From positions 52,761-116,760 of the forward strand of contig CABZAV010000004.1 in NCBI GenBank assembly GCA_902523885.1: a stretch of 64,000 bases of DNA, in the 5' to 3' direction. Source of the stretch: an uncultured SAR86 cluster bacterium (GTDB lineage: Bacteria; Pseudomonadota; Gammaproteobacteria; Magnimaribacterales; AG-339-G14). How positions within the stretch are numbered: position 1 is the stretch's first letter; each line of letters begins with the position of its first letter. The notes under the pieces are model-generated. The model was not told the DNA's origin, ran no database searches, and saw only the letters and a program-made list of their open reading frames with translations. A program made the translations under genes and the position numbers. Shown piece after piece: positions 47,451 through 57,978 of the stretch.

Positions 47451-48794
47451 TTAACTTAATCGTCTATGTATTTCTTCTTTTAAAAGCCATATTCTATCCT
47501 GGCCCCAAACATAATAAGGATCGCTGCCGTCTGAATTAGTTATTTTAAAACTTGGTACCCCCCAGCAATTTCCTGAGTACATATCATCACAGTTGTCATT
47601 AAGGACCTTTTTCCATTTTTTTGTATTTAAGTCTCTTCTTACTTTATCCCAATCAAGACCTAGTTCATTAATCAAATTTTTTAAAAAGCTTTCATCTCCA
47701 ATATTTATTCCATCTTGAAAAGAAGCTTTGAGAAGGCCATCAATGTATTCAAATCCTTTACCTAGATTATCTATTATTGGAAAAAGGGAATAAGCAAGCC
47801 TTGCGGGCTTTCCAATTGGAGAATAAATTGATTTCATCTCATATCCATATTTTCTTCCCTCTCTAGCAGCATCCGAAATTATGTATTTTGCTTTAAATGT
47901 TGGAATCACCATCATTCTCATTAGCATGGGTAGCACCGGTTTAGTGATTAGGTTTATTGGGTAATCTTTTAAAAGATCTTTGACTTTTTTGGCACTTACA
48001 AATGTGTAGGGACTATTAAGTGAAGGATAAAAGGTTAAATTTAGTTTATCTTCCGAAGAAAGCTCATTAGGAGCTGTTGTATTGAGATTGCAAATAAATT
48101 CATTATCAGTGGTTTTTTTTACTCCTAACTCGGCTAATCTTGTTTCTAAGTGATTCAAGCGATCAACACCCCAATATAGCTCTTTTTCATAATAAAATGC
48201 AGAGCCAAAATAGTAATCGCAATCATTTCTAATTTCGTTTCCATCATTTAGCTTATTACTTACTTCACTATCTGTAGCATTGTAGATTTTATTTAATTCC
48301 TTTAATTTTTCTTCTTGACCTTGCCAAAGTGCAGAACTTACTTCTTTTGCGATTGAAGTAAATTGTTCGGCTTCTAGATTGCATAAAATTGAATTAGCAA
48401 GAGATATTAAATTTTTTGAAGGATAAGACAATGCTTCAAAATCTACATTATAGAATGGAGCTATTCTATTAACGTCTTGCAAACAGTAGGCATCGTATAA
48501 ATCTGGCTCATGTACCGTAACAGGATTTTCTTCTCCCACTAAGATTGGTTTTAAATTAATATCATAGCCGTTGATAAGTTTATCAATGTATTGAACTGTC
48601 AAATGCGAGTAGGGGTCATCAACTTTGTGAAAATACAAAACTTCATGAGATCTATTTTCTTTTTGCCTTTTGGTTTCTTGATTTTCTCGAATTGTTTTAA
48701 AATTTTCATAACTAGAAAACATATTCATCGCTTTATTTCTTGCTTTGTAAGCAAAAGTCCTTCTAGCTAATATATTTCTGATAAATTGAATCAT
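47451..48794 (-). CDS. Tandem DsbA-like / 2-hydroxychromene-2-carboxylate isomerase (kappa-GST) family protein
   Basis: 447 aa with two copies of the family N-terminal motif (VLYFHKVDDPYSHL and LTFYPSLNSPYTFV) about 200 aa apart. Confidence 0.6.
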   Translation of the reverse strand: MIQFIRNILARRTFAYKARNKAMNMFSSYENFKTIRENQETKRQKENRSHEVLYFHKVDDPYSHLTVQYIDKLINGYDINLKPILVGEENPVTVHEPDLYDAYCLQDVNRIAPFYNVDFEALSYPSKNLISLANSILCNLEAEQFTSIAKEVSSALWQGQEEKLKELNKIYNATDSEVSNKLNDGNEIRNDCDYYFGSAFYYEKELYWGVDRLNHLETRLAELGVKKTTDNEFICNLNTTAPNELSSEDKLNLTFYPSLNSPYTFVSAKKVKDLLKDYPINLITKPVLPMLMRMMVIPTFKAKYIISDAAREGRKYGYEMKSIYSPIGKPARLAYSLFPIIDNLGKGFEYIDGLLKASFQDGINIGDESFLKNLINELGLDWDKVRRDLNTKKWKKVLNDNCDDMYSGNCWGVPSFKITNSDGSDPYYVWGQDRIWLLKEEIHRRLS

Positions 48795-50587
48795 TAAAAT
48801 CGTTCCTCTCCAGATTGGATACGATTATATAGATCATTGTTCATCTCTATATAATTTCCTTTTTGATAGAAATATATTTTGTCTTCAATTGATTTGGGAT
48901 CAAATCCTTGTTTTTTTAAATCTTCTTTTTGATGTTTAAAAGTACCAGTTGTTTTCATTGTTTCAGTTATTCTTAAAAAATATGGGAGCTGAAAAGCATT
49001 TAAGTTTTTCTCTATATGCTCAGAAAATTCGTTGAAATTGAATTCGTCTGTTATGCTCAATAGAGCCATTCCAGCTCTTCCTTCGGCTGATTTAACTTCA
49101 ACACCATAAACATTTGAGTCTAATACTTGATCGTATTTATTAACAATTGCAGCTACTTCCATTGTTGAAACATTTTCACTTTTCCATCTGTAAGTATCTC
49201 CAACTCTGTCAGCAAAAGACAACCAATTATTTTCATGTCTGATCAAAAGATCTCCAGAATTAAACCAAAGATCCCCTTTTTTAAAAACATCGCTCATAAT
49301 TTTCTTATTAGAAGCTTGTTTATCTAAATACCCTTCAAAAGTAGCTATCTTTGATAATACTGAAATGAACAAACCAGTTTCTCCTACATCAACAGATTCA
49401 CAATATCCATCTTCATTTCTTATAGGCTCTCCAGTTTCTTGATCGCACTTGATCACTAATGAACCACGCATATAACGTCCTACCATCCCTGGTCTTCCGT
49501 GGGTATTCACTAAAGCACCAACTCCTTCAGTGGCACCATATAACTCTCTGATACTTGGAATACCAAATCTAGATTGAAATTTTTCCCAAATATCTGGACG
49601 CAAGCCATTTCCGGAAATAACCCTTAAATTATGACTTTTATCGTCTTTATTTGGCTCAACATTCATAAGATATCGGCAAAGTTCTCCCACGTATCCAAAC
49701 ATAGTTACCTTATGCTTTCGAACATCTGGCCAAAATTCGGAAGCAGAAAACTTTTCTTTAATTACTGTTGTTGCGCCTCCCCTTAAACAACCCGCCCAGG
49801 ACCATAAGAGACCTGTAGCGTGGTAAAGAGGTAGGGTTAAATAAAGAATATCTTTTTGTTTTGCTCTGAATCCAAAAAATTGACCTGCATAACTTGTTTT
49901 AACTGCTCTTCCATTTGTAATGAGTGCTGCTTTTGGAAGGCCAGTTGTACCTGATGTATAAATATACATTCCAACATCTTTAATTTTTAAATTGTGACTT
50001 ATTACATCTTTAAAACCTTTAGACTGCTCGTTAATGTCAACGTATTCATTAGGAATTTTTTGCGAATCTTCAATTGCATATAGATTTAACGCCAGCAATT
50101 CAGACTCTGGCATCGAAGAATTGAATTTATCTATATGAGAAGCTCCCAATATTACTGCTTTTGCATCGACAATAGTGACAACATGCTTCAATCCTTCTCC
50201 TGTTACTGTTGTATTAATTAATGCTGCAATTGCTCCAATTCTGTGTGCAGCTAAGAGCAGCATCAAAAAATCAGGACAGTTATCCATTAACAAAGCAAAA
50301 CAGTCGCCTTTTTCGATGCCTTGATCTTGCAAATAAGCTCCATATTCAGAAACTTTTATGTCTGCTTCTAACCAAGTTATTTGTTGATCTTTAAAAATAA
50401 ATGCTATTTCGTTAGGGTACTTTTTAACATTGTTTTCGAAAAATTTTAAAATTGACAATTCATTTTCTGGCTTCCAGGTAATAAGTAATCTTGGAATACC
50501 TTGCACATAAAAATAAATATCATCTAGCAATCCATTTACAGCCCACTTCAAACTCATTTCTCCCCCTAATCTAAAAATTTTAAGCAT
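48794..50587 (-). CDS. Long-chain acyl-CoA synthetase (FATP/very-long-chain type)
   Basis: AMP motif YIYTSGTTGLPKAA, YGATEG and a C-terminal GTFKHQK. An alternative start at 50557 would remove the 22-nt overlap. Confidence 0.9.
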   Translation of the reverse strand: MLKIFRLGGEMSLKWAVNGLLDDIYFYVQGIPRLLITWKPENELSILKFFENNVKKYPNEIAFIFKDQQITWLEADIKVSEYGAYLQDQGIEKGDCFALLMDNCPDFLMLLLAAHRIGAIAALINTTVTGEGLKHVVTIVDAKAVILGASHIDKFNSSMPESELLALNLYAIEDSQKIPNEYVDINEQSKGFKDVISHNLKIKDVGMYIYTSGTTGLPKAALITNGRAVKTSYAGQFFGFRAKQKDILYLTLPLYHATGLLWSWAGCLRGGATTVIKEKFSASEFWPDVRKHKVTMFGYVGELCRYLMNVEPNKDDKSHNLRVISGNGLRPDIWEKFQSRFGIPSIRELYGATEGVGALVNTHGRPGMVGRYMRGSLVIKCDQETGEPIRNEDGYCESVDVGETGLFISVLSKIATFEGYLDKQASNKKIMSDVFKKGDLWFNSGDLLIRHENNWLSFADRVGDTYRWKSENVSTMEVAAIVNKYDQVLDSNVYGVEVKSAEGRAGMALLSITDEFNFNEFSEHIEKNLNAFQLPYFLRITETMKTTGTFKHQKEDLKKQGFDPKSIEDKIYFYQKGNYIEMNNDLYNRIQSGEERF

Positions 50588-51567
50588 CCCGAATTATTCA
50601 GGATAGGTTTTATTGACTCTTTTAAATCATAATCATTATATTTTAATCTAAGTTCTTTTAAAGATTTAGCATGAGATTTTTGAGTAATTTGATTAAAAGA
50701 TTTTCCCTCAAGAAAAACAGAAAAAGAATTTTTTTTCTCATTAAGAGCAACGTAATTAGCATCGGACCATGGTAAAAATAAATTAGCAATCTCTTTTTCT
50801 AAAATAGGTTCAATTGTTAGATGGACATCGCTCCACCCTAGAAAATCTCCTTCAATTTTAGGATCTTCCATTCTTTTTAACCATTTAACTAAATTTGGTC
50901 TTTGATTAATGAAATTCCTGGCAGTAATATCCATCCAAGACCCATAAAGGTGTCCCCAAAAACCAAAATCTGCCATCGATGGGCGTCCGCCAAATAAATA
51001 AGAAAATTTACTAAAATGATTTTCTAATAAATCTATTAATCTTTTGAAAGATTTTTCCATTAGTTCTTTGTTTTCATCATTGATTCCATAAGTAGTTAAA
51101 GCCATATTTGAATATTTCTCTTTTATATCTTGAGCTGTTTTTTCAAGAGCTAATTCAGAAATTATAGGAAGGTATCTTATATAAAAAGGGATCGAAGATG
51201 CTGCTATGCGTTTAGATGCTAAATTTTGGTCAGCTTTATAAGTCCATCGATAATTAAATAAGTGTTTAATCATCCACTCATCAGAATATTCTTCCAATAA
51301 GAACGAAATAAAAATTAATCTAGAATCTTCCGGGTAAATGGAGTTGTTTGAATAATTAGGTTCAATTTTTTCAATGATATAAGTTGAGTCTTGCAATACC
51401 TCATTATTATCGGTTAAAAGTAAAGGAATGAAGGGCGATTGCGCTAATTTGTGAAGCTCTTTAGAGTTTGGGTTTTTAATCCATCTGTATTTAATTTTTT
51501 TATAGTTTAAATAGGACCTAATCTTAAGAGTATAAGGGGATATTTCTAGCCCGAATAATTTATACAT
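50566..51567 (-). CDS. GST-like (thioredoxin-fold N-domain) protein
   Basis: N-terminus MYKLFGLEISPYTLKIRSYL..IPLLL..ESTYI resembles a GST N-domain. 333 aa. Confidence 0.55.
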   Translation of the reverse strand: MYKLFGLEISPYTLKIRSYLNYKKIKYRWIKNPNSKELHKLAQSPFIPLLLTDNNEVLQDSTYIIEKIEPNYSNNSIYPEDSRLIFISFLLEEYSDEWMIKHLFNYRWTYKADQNLASKRIAASSIPFYIRYLPIISELALEKTAQDIKEKYSNMALTTYGINDENKELMEKSFKRLIDLLENHFSKFSYLFGGRPSMADFGFWGHLYGSWMDITARNFINQRPNLVKWLKRMEDPKIEGDFLGWSDVHLTIEPILEKEIANLFLPWSDANYVALNEKKNSFSVFLEGKSFNQITQKSHAKSLKELRLKYNDYDLKESIKPILNNSGCLKFLD

Positions 51568-51578
51568 CTAGAAAAGTT

Positions 51579-53600
51579 TTAAGCCAATCCTCTTTTTTCT
51601 AATAATCTTTTCGGATCAGGTTCTTTTCCATTGAACCTTACAAATTGCTCCATAAGATCTTTGGAGTTGCCTGAAGAGTAAACAAACTCTTTTAATTTCT
51701 GTCCTGAGGATTTGTCGTATATTCCGTTTTTTTCAAAAACTTCAAAAGCAGAAGAATCCAAGACTTCAGACCACATATAACTATAGTAACTAGATGAGTA
51801 ACCCCCAGAAAAAATATGGTTAAAATAAGTACTACCGTATCTGCTATCTATTTCTTTAGGTTTATTAATACTATCGAAAAGTTCTTCCTCAAAGCCTCTA
51901 ATATCAGTGACATCTTTGTCTGAGGTGTGCCAAGCTAAATCTAAAAAAGATGCTGCTAAATATTCAGTAGTAGCGAAGCCCTGATTAAATTTTTGACAAT
52001 TTAAATATTTATTCATTAAATCTTCGGGGATTTTTTCACCTGTTTCAAAATGTTTTGCAAATTCATTTAAAACTTCAGGATTTCTTATCCAGTTTTCCAT
52101 CATTTGAGACGGAAACTCAACATAATCTCTCGGCACACTTGTACCGGACAGAGAAGGGTAAGTTACATCAGATAGCAAACCGTGAAGAGCATGGCCAAAT
52201 TCATGGAACAATGTAATAGCATGCTCAAAATTTAACAAAGAAGGTTTGTTTCTAGTGGGTTTAGGAAAATTACAAACATTTATAATTATTGGATACTGAA
52301 CACCGTTGTTTTTACTTTGATCTCTGTAACTAGTCATCCAAGCACCGCCTTGTTTAGAAGGACGAGCAAAGTAATCAGTAAGAAAAATTCCAACAATATT
52401 TTTATCACTATCAATAACTTTGTAAGCTTCCACTTCTTCATGATATTTTGGATATTCGCTTAACTTAATAAACTTAATATCAAATAATCGTTCTGCAGTT
52501 GTAAATGCTGCTGTTTTAATATTCTCAAGAGACAAAAAAGGCTTCATATCTTCTTCAGAGAAATCATATTTATCTTTTCTAACTTTTTCTGAATAAAACC
52601 ACCAATCCCAGGCTTCTAACTGAAAATTATTTCCTTCTTTTTGAATGAGTTTTTGCATTTCAGTAATTTCTTCATCGGCTCTCTTTTTGGCTGGTTTCCA
52701 AACTTGATTCAATAGATCTGAAACATTGTCTGTAGTTTCAGCCATACTGTTTTGAAGCGCCAAGTCAGCGTGACAATCAAAACCAAGAAGGTTTGCTTTT
52801 TGTTTTCTAAGAGAGTACATCTCTTTAATCAGAGATTCGTTGTTTTCAGAATTTTTATTTTTACCTCTCAATATGTAGCCTTTATAAATTTTTTCTCTTA
52901 GGGATCTGTTATTGGAGAAAGTTAAAAAAGGATATAAATTTTCTCTACTAGCTTTGAAAAGCCAGCAATCGTTTATCTGTTCTGCTTCTGCTTGTTTTTT
53001 TCCTAATTCAATCAAATCCTCAGGCAAGCCGTCTAACTCAGCAGGATCAGAAATAATCAATTGAAAATTATTGGTCTCTTTAAGAGTGTTTTGATTAAAC
53101 TTCAAAGAAAGAGAAGACAACTTCTCATTCATTGATTTTAAGACTTCTCTTTTATCGTCATCTAATAAAGAACCTTTTAGCTTAAAATTGTCAAAAATTA
53201 TTTGCACCAATCTTTGCTGTTCATCATTTAAAGGATTTTTATCTTCATGTACTTTTTTTATTTTTATAAATAAATCTTGATTCAAAGAAATACTATCATT
53301 GTGTCTGGACAGTTTTGGGCTTATTTCAGAAGCGATTTTATTTAAGTTGTCATTAGAATGCGCAGAGAGAAGATTATAAAAAACTCTGCTGACTTTACTT
53401 AAGAGTTCACCAGAATTTTCAAGTGCATTAATTGTATTTTCAAAACTAGGAGTCTCCTTGTTCTCGATAATTAATTCAATTTCTTTGGCATGCTCTTCTA
53501 TAGCTTTATCAAAAGCAGGCAAGTAATGTTCTTCTTTAATTGATTCAAATGGAGGAATTCCGTACTCATTTTTAAATTCTTCCAATAGTGGATTGTTCAT
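51579..53600 (-). CDS. dcp: Peptidyl-dipeptidase Dcp (M3 metallopeptidase)
   Basis: HEFGHALHG zinc motif. N-terminal and central blocks align with E. coli Dcp (LENSGELLSKVSRVF..SAHSNDNL). Confidence 0.9.
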   Translation of the reverse strand: MNNPLLEEFKNEYGIPPFESIKEEHYLPAFDKAIEEHAKEIELIIENKETPSFENTINALENSGELLSKVSRVFYNLLSAHSNDNLNKIASEISPKLSRHNDSISLNQDLFIKIKKVHEDKNPLNDEQQRLVQIIFDNFKLKGSLLDDDKREVLKSMNEKLSSLSLKFNQNTLKETNNFQLIISDPAELDGLPEDLIELGKKQAEAEQINDCWLFKASRENLYPFLTFSNNRSLREKIYKGYILRGKNKNSENNESLIKEMYSLRKQKANLLGFDCHADLALQNSMAETTDNVSDLLNQVWKPAKKRADEEITEMQKLIQKEGNNFQLEAWDWWFYSEKVRKDKYDFSEEDMKPFLSLENIKTAAFTTAERLFDIKFIKLSEYPKYHEEVEAYKVIDSDKNIVGIFLTDYFARPSKQGGAWMTSYRDQSKNNGVQYPIIINVCNFPKPTRNKPSLLNFEHAITLFHEFGHALHGLLSDVTYPSLSGTSVPRDYVEFPSQMMENWIRNPEVLNEFAKHFETGEKIPEDLMNKYLNCQKFNQGFATTEYLAASFLDLAWHTSDKDVTDIRGFEEELFDSINKPKEIDSRYGSTYFNHIFSGGYSSSYYSYMWSEVLDSSAFEVFEKNGIYDKSSGQKLKEFVYSSGNSKDLMEQFVRFNGKEPDPKRLLEKRGLA

Positions 53601-53632
53601 AGATTAATTTTATAGATTTATTCAATTAATGA

Positions 53633-54352
53633 CTAAAAAAATCTCTCTTTCAAATAAAAAGGTAAATAAGTTATGAAGAAAAGTAATATAGCGATAGGAA
53701 GAAAAATAAATAAGTGAAAAGGGGGATCAGGCATAAATCTAGTGAGGTTTTCTCCTAAAGGAAATTCAATTAAATACATGTAGTTTGCAACAGTATCAGT
53801 GGAGAAGTAATTAATTGTTAAATTAACTACATAAATAACTAAAACGATCGGAATGCTATAGAAAATTGTATCCTGAAAAGATTTGAAATCAGGTTTATTG
53901 CCTAAAGTAATTGAAGCAAAACAAATAGCAAAAAGTAAAAGACCATGACTAAAATTAAATAAAATGAAATGTAAATGAGGAAAATCGAAAGGAAAATCAG
54001 GTTGAGTTAAAGCCATTAGAACTCCTGAAATACCCCAAAAAAAAGAAATACTAAAGAAAAATCTTGTTTTAAATATTAAGAAAATCGCAACAAATATAGA
54101 AGCGAGATTGCATAAATGCAATGGGAGAGTTGAGATAAAGACAAATCTCTCTGGGTACAAAGCGGGGTAATAGAACGGCTTTGTTAACTCATTGATTAAA
54201 ATTATGGAAGCAATAACTATCGATATCTTATTTTTGGTTGATTCTTTAGAAGTTTTAAAAACAATGGGGAGTAAAATGGAAATCCCGATTATCAATCCAA
54301 CGGTAAATAAATGTTCAAACCCAAAAATTTTAAATTCTTCTGCTTCAAACAT
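53633..54352 (-). CDS. Polytopic membrane protein (YwaF/TIGR02206-like)
   Basis: 239 aa with ~7 TM helices. Weak family impression only. Confidence 0.5.
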   Translation of the reverse strand: MFEAEEFKIFGFEHLFTVGLIIGISILLPIVFKTSKESTKNKISIVIASIILINELTKPFYYPALYPERFVFISTLPLHLCNLASIFVAIFLIFKTRFFFSISFFWGISGVLMALTQPDFPFDFPHLHFILFNFSHGLLLFAICFASITLGNKPDFKSFQDTIFYSIPIVLVIYVVNLTINYFSTDTVANYMYLIEFPLGENLTRFMPDPPFHLFIFLPIAILLFFITYLPFYLKERFF

Positions 54353-54366
54353 ATAATTAATTTTAT

Positions 54367-54708
54367 ATGAAAAATTTAAATTTCACCTTTGTATTTATTT
54401 TAATAGTCCTAACTTCATGCAGTAAAGAAAGAGATAAAATTAAAATCGAGTGGCAAGATGAGTTAGATTATTTTAATGGTGAAAGCGCATATTATTTTGT
54501 AGACGTAGGAGTAAAATCTGCATACGTTGGAGGTGTACTGGAAATTTATAATCTTCAAGATAATTCTTATATTGACAGGATTACTGTGAATAGCTTTGAT
54601 CTGATTTCTAGAACTGATGGATACCCAATATGTAGAATCTGGGGCTTAAGTGGAAAATTAAATAAGGCTACTTATTTGCTGGCTAGAAATTGTATTAGCT
54701 CAGATTAA
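54367..54708 (+). CDS. Hypothetical lipoprotein
   Basis: Lipobox VLTSC after the signal peptide. 113 aa. Confidence 0.5.
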   Translation: MKNLNFTFVFILIVLTSCSKERDKIKIEWQDELDYFNGESAYYFVDVGVKSAYVGGVLEIYNLQDNSYIDRITVNSFDLISRTDGYPICRIWGLSGKLNKATYLLARNCISSD

Positions 54709-55483
54709 ACTTATTATAAAAATCTTCAAACTTTTTTTGAAGCCTCTGCATTCCTGATATCCAACGATCGTAGTCCGAAGATTTTCTTTGAATATACTCA
54801 AGCACTTCTTTGTGAGGAGTAACCAAAAAACGTTCTTTTTTAATCGCATCTATCACATCTAATGCGCATTCGTCTGCTGATATCATGCCATCCACTCCAG
54901 CTGTGCCCGCACCTTGAGCGGTCATTGCAGTTTCTACTGCTTGAGGACATAGACACGATACTCCAATGCCTTTTTCGCCATATGTAATTTTTAACCACTC
55001 AGCTAAACTTAAGGCAGCAGCTTTGGTAACAGAATAGGGCGCTGATCCAATTTGAGTTAACAAACCTGCAGCAGATGCTGTATTCATTAAATAACCATTA
55101 CCTCTTTCTAACATTTGCGGCATAACATGTTTTGCAGCATGTATGTGCCCTATAACATTGATATCCCAAATATTTTGCCAATCATCAGTTGTGACATCAA
55201 AAAATCCAGGAACGCCTCCGATTCCAGCATTAGAACAAAAGATATCTATTCCTCCAGTTTTTTCATTCATATAATCAACCAGAGATTTAATTTCTTCTTC
55301 CTTGCTGACATCAATTTTCAAGGCGTCACATTTAAGTTCTTTCTTTGTTTCTTCTAATTTTTCCTCATCAACATCAACTATTAAGACATATGAGGATTTT
55401 TCATTTATAAAAGCTTTAGCTAAAGCTTTTCCAATTCCACTAGCACCGCCGGTGACAACTACTCTTGAATCCAATATATCCAT
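54695..55483 (-). CDS. Short-chain dehydrogenase/reductase
   Basis: VVTGGASGIGKA, NAGIGG and YSVTKAA motifs. Confidence 0.88.
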   Translation of the reverse strand: MDILDSRVVVTGGASGIGKALAKAFINEKSSYVLIVDVDEEKLEETKKELKCDALKIDVSKEEEIKSLVDYMNEKTGGIDIFCSNAGIGGVPGFFDVTTDDWQNIWDINVIGHIHAAKHVMPQMLERGNGYLMNTASAAGLLTQIGSAPYSVTKAAALSLAEWLKITYGEKGIGVSCLCPQAVETAMTAQGAGTAGVDGMISADECALDVIDAIKKERFLVTPHKEVLEYIQRKSSDYDRWISGMQRLQKKFEDFYNKFNLS

Positions 55484-57202
55484 TTATTTACCCAATAATT
55501 TTATAGCCGAAGCTCTAAGATCCTTTTTAGCAATTTTTCCTGAGGCAATCCTAGGCAACTTATCTTTTTGAATCCATACATGAGCCGGAATTTTGAAATT
55601 AGCTAACTTGGTCACTAAGAAACTATTTAGATCCGTCTCATTTAATTCACTTTCACCCCTTACACAAACATTAGTAGCTAAAATTTCACCCAGTCTTTCG
55701 TCAGGCACTCCAAATACTGAAGCCTCCAAGACATCAGGATGTTCTGCAATAGCCGCTTCCACTTCTGGACAAGCTATGTTCTCACCACCCCTTATGACCA
55801 TGTCTTTTTTTCTATCATTGATAAAAAGAAAACCGTCTTCATCCAGATAACCAATATCTCCTGTTTTAAACCAACCTTGTGAGTCTAAACAATCTTCTGT
55901 TGCCTCAGGATTTTTCCAATAACATCTAAAAGTAGCAGCCGATTTTATACAGACTTCTCCATTTTCATTTGTTTCTAAAGTATTTCCTTCATCATCAATA
56001 ATTTTCAGTTCTATTATTTTAGGAACTGGAAAACCCGTACTCATAGGTTTAGACAAATAGGTATCCCCGGCATTATTTGCACCTAAAGCATTCGTCTCCG
56101 TTAAGCCATAACCGATGCCAGGATTGGTTTCTGGCATATGTTCTTTTTGTTTTTTTACTTGTTCAGGAGGCCTTGGAGCACCTCCACCATAAAGATCTTT
56201 TAAAGTTGCAATGTCTCTAGGATTTTTAATTTGCGCCTCAACCATTTCAGCTGACATGGTAGGTACACCAGTAAAAGCAGTAATTTTTTCCTGTTCGACT
56301 AAATCTAATGCAGTATCTGGATCCCACTTATACATGAGAACAGTTTTTCTACCAACTGGAATTGAAAGCAAGAAGAGGGCATGAGAACCAGTGACATGAA
56401 ACAATGGTACACCGACTAAAGATGCTGCCTGCTCCTCTTCATTTGCTTGTTCTAAAGATAATGTTTCCTCATCCGAGTCTTCTTTAACCATGGTTGTTAG
56501 AAGAATCCAATAAAAAGGTGCAAATATGATTCCTCGATGAGTGAGAACAACGCCCTTGGGATACCCAGTACTCCCTGAGGTATACATAATAGATGCATCA
56601 TCCTCAGGTTCAATTTCAGTAAGGTTATCTAATGTTTCTGACTGATCTTTGATAAGTTTATAAAAATCTATGTCTTGATATTCAGGCTTTTTAGAACGAA
56701 CTGCAATTTTTGGAAGATCGCTAAGTCTTCCTTGCAATCTATCCAATCTTTCTTCATCACCAATAAATAATTTAGCTTCACTATTAGTCAATCCATATTC
56801 TATTTCATCACCTTTCCACCAAGAGTTTAATGGCACAACGACACCGCCAATGGAAGTAATTGCCATGTAACAAAACATCCATTCTGGATAATTCCTCATT
56901 GAGAAAGCTACTCTATCTCCTTTTTGAATATTAAATTTTCTTAGGAGAGTATTAGCTAATTGGGATGTAATTCTCAAAGTATCATTGAATTTAAATCTTT
57001 CTTCCTGGTAGACAATATGAGTCCAATCGCCATGCAGCAGGCCTAACTGATAATATTCTCTTAAGTTGCTTGGTGCTTCCTTAAAAACAAAGTATTCGTT
57101 CCCTCTAATATTTGCTTTTTCAAGGCTTAATAAGCCTTCATTAGTGACCTGCTCAAGTAGTTCTAATCTACCTTGAGTATTAAATAATTTGCTTGTTGGC
57201 AT
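55484..57202 (-). CDS. AMP-dependent acyl-CoA synthetase/ligase
   Basis: MYTSGSTGYPKGV, GYGLTET and a C-terminal SGKIAKKDLR. Confidence 0.9.
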   Translation of the reverse strand: MPTSKLFNTQGRLELLEQVTNEGLLSLEKANIRGNEYFVFKEAPSNLREYYQLGLLHGDWTHIVYQEERFKFNDTLRITSQLANTLLRKFNIQKGDRVAFSMRNYPEWMFCYMAITSIGGVVVPLNSWWKGDEIEYGLTNSEAKLFIGDEERLDRLQGRLSDLPKIAVRSKKPEYQDIDFYKLIKDQSETLDNLTEIEPEDDASIMYTSGSTGYPKGVVLTHRGIIFAPFYWILLTTMVKEDSDEETLSLEQANEEEQAASLVGVPLFHVTGSHALFLLSIPVGRKTVLMYKWDPDTALDLVEQEKITAFTGVPTMSAEMVEAQIKNPRDIATLKDLYGGGAPRPPEQVKKQKEHMPETNPGIGYGLTETNALGANNAGDTYLSKPMSTGFPVPKIIELKIIDDEGNTLETNENGEVCIKSAATFRCYWKNPEATEDCLDSQGWFKTGDIGYLDEDGFLFINDRKKDMVIRGGENIACPEVEAAIAEHPDVLEASVFGVPDERLGEILATNVCVRGESELNETDLNSFLVTKLANFKIPAHVWIQKDKLPRIASGKIAKKDLRASAIKLLGK

Positions 57203-57204
57203 GG

Positions 57205-57969
57205 TTAAACTACAGTTCCGCCGTCAATAACTAAGGTGTGACCATTAACAAAACTACCAGCTTGAGAAGCTAAAAAGACAGCAGCTCCGCCAATTTCATC
57301 AGGTTCTCCAATTCTTTTCATTGGGCAAGTGGCGGTCGATTGTTTGAGTATTTCTGGATTTTCCCAAAGAGCTTTTGCAAAGTCCGTCTTAAATAAACCG
57401 GGAGCAATTGCATTAGTTCTTATGTTGTACTGACCAAATTCCAAGGCATAGTTTTTTACCAGCATGATGTCGGCAGCTTTAGAAATATTATAAGCACCTA
57501 TAACTGGACTGGCATTAAGTCCTCCAATGGAAGAAACAATGATAATACTTCCATCTTTACGCTCCATCATCTCAGGGATTACCATCTGACACAGATTATG
57601 ATTACTTTTAATATTGTTATTCATTATTTTTTCAAATGCTTCATCTGTAATGTCTTTGATGGATCCAAAATAAGGATTGGTAGCAGCATTACAAACAAGA
57701 ATATCTATTTGCCCCAATTGAGATCTTGTCTCTTCAACAAGCATTTCAAGAGCAGTTTTATCAGAAATATTGCATGGAATGACTATGGCCTTGCCAGCAC
57801 GTTCGTCTTCTAAGTTATTTATTTCTTCAGCTGTTGCTTCACAAACATCTACCTTTCTACTTGAAATTACAACATTTGCTCCTTGTTTTGCCATTGCCAT
57901 TGCAATCGATTTACCAATACCTTTAGATGAACCAGTAATAATTGCGTTTTTGCCTGTTAAATCAAACAT
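57205..57969 (-). CDS. Short-chain dehydrogenase/reductase
   Basis: ITGSSKGIGKS, CNAATNP and YNISKAA motifs. Confidence 0.9.
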   Translation of the reverse strand: MFDLTGKNAIITGSSKGIGKSIAMAMAKQGANVVISSRKVDVCEATAEEINNLEDERAGKAIVIPCNISDKTALEMLVEETRSQLGQIDILVCNAATNPYFGSIKDITDEAFEKIMNNNIKSNHNLCQMVIPEMMERKDGSIIIVSSIGGLNASPVIGAYNISKAADIMLVKNYALEFGQYNIRTNAIAPGLFKTDFAKALWENPEILKQSTATCPMKRIGEPDEIGGAAVFLASQAGSFVNGHTLVIDGGTVV

Positions 57970-57978
57970 TTTTTAATC

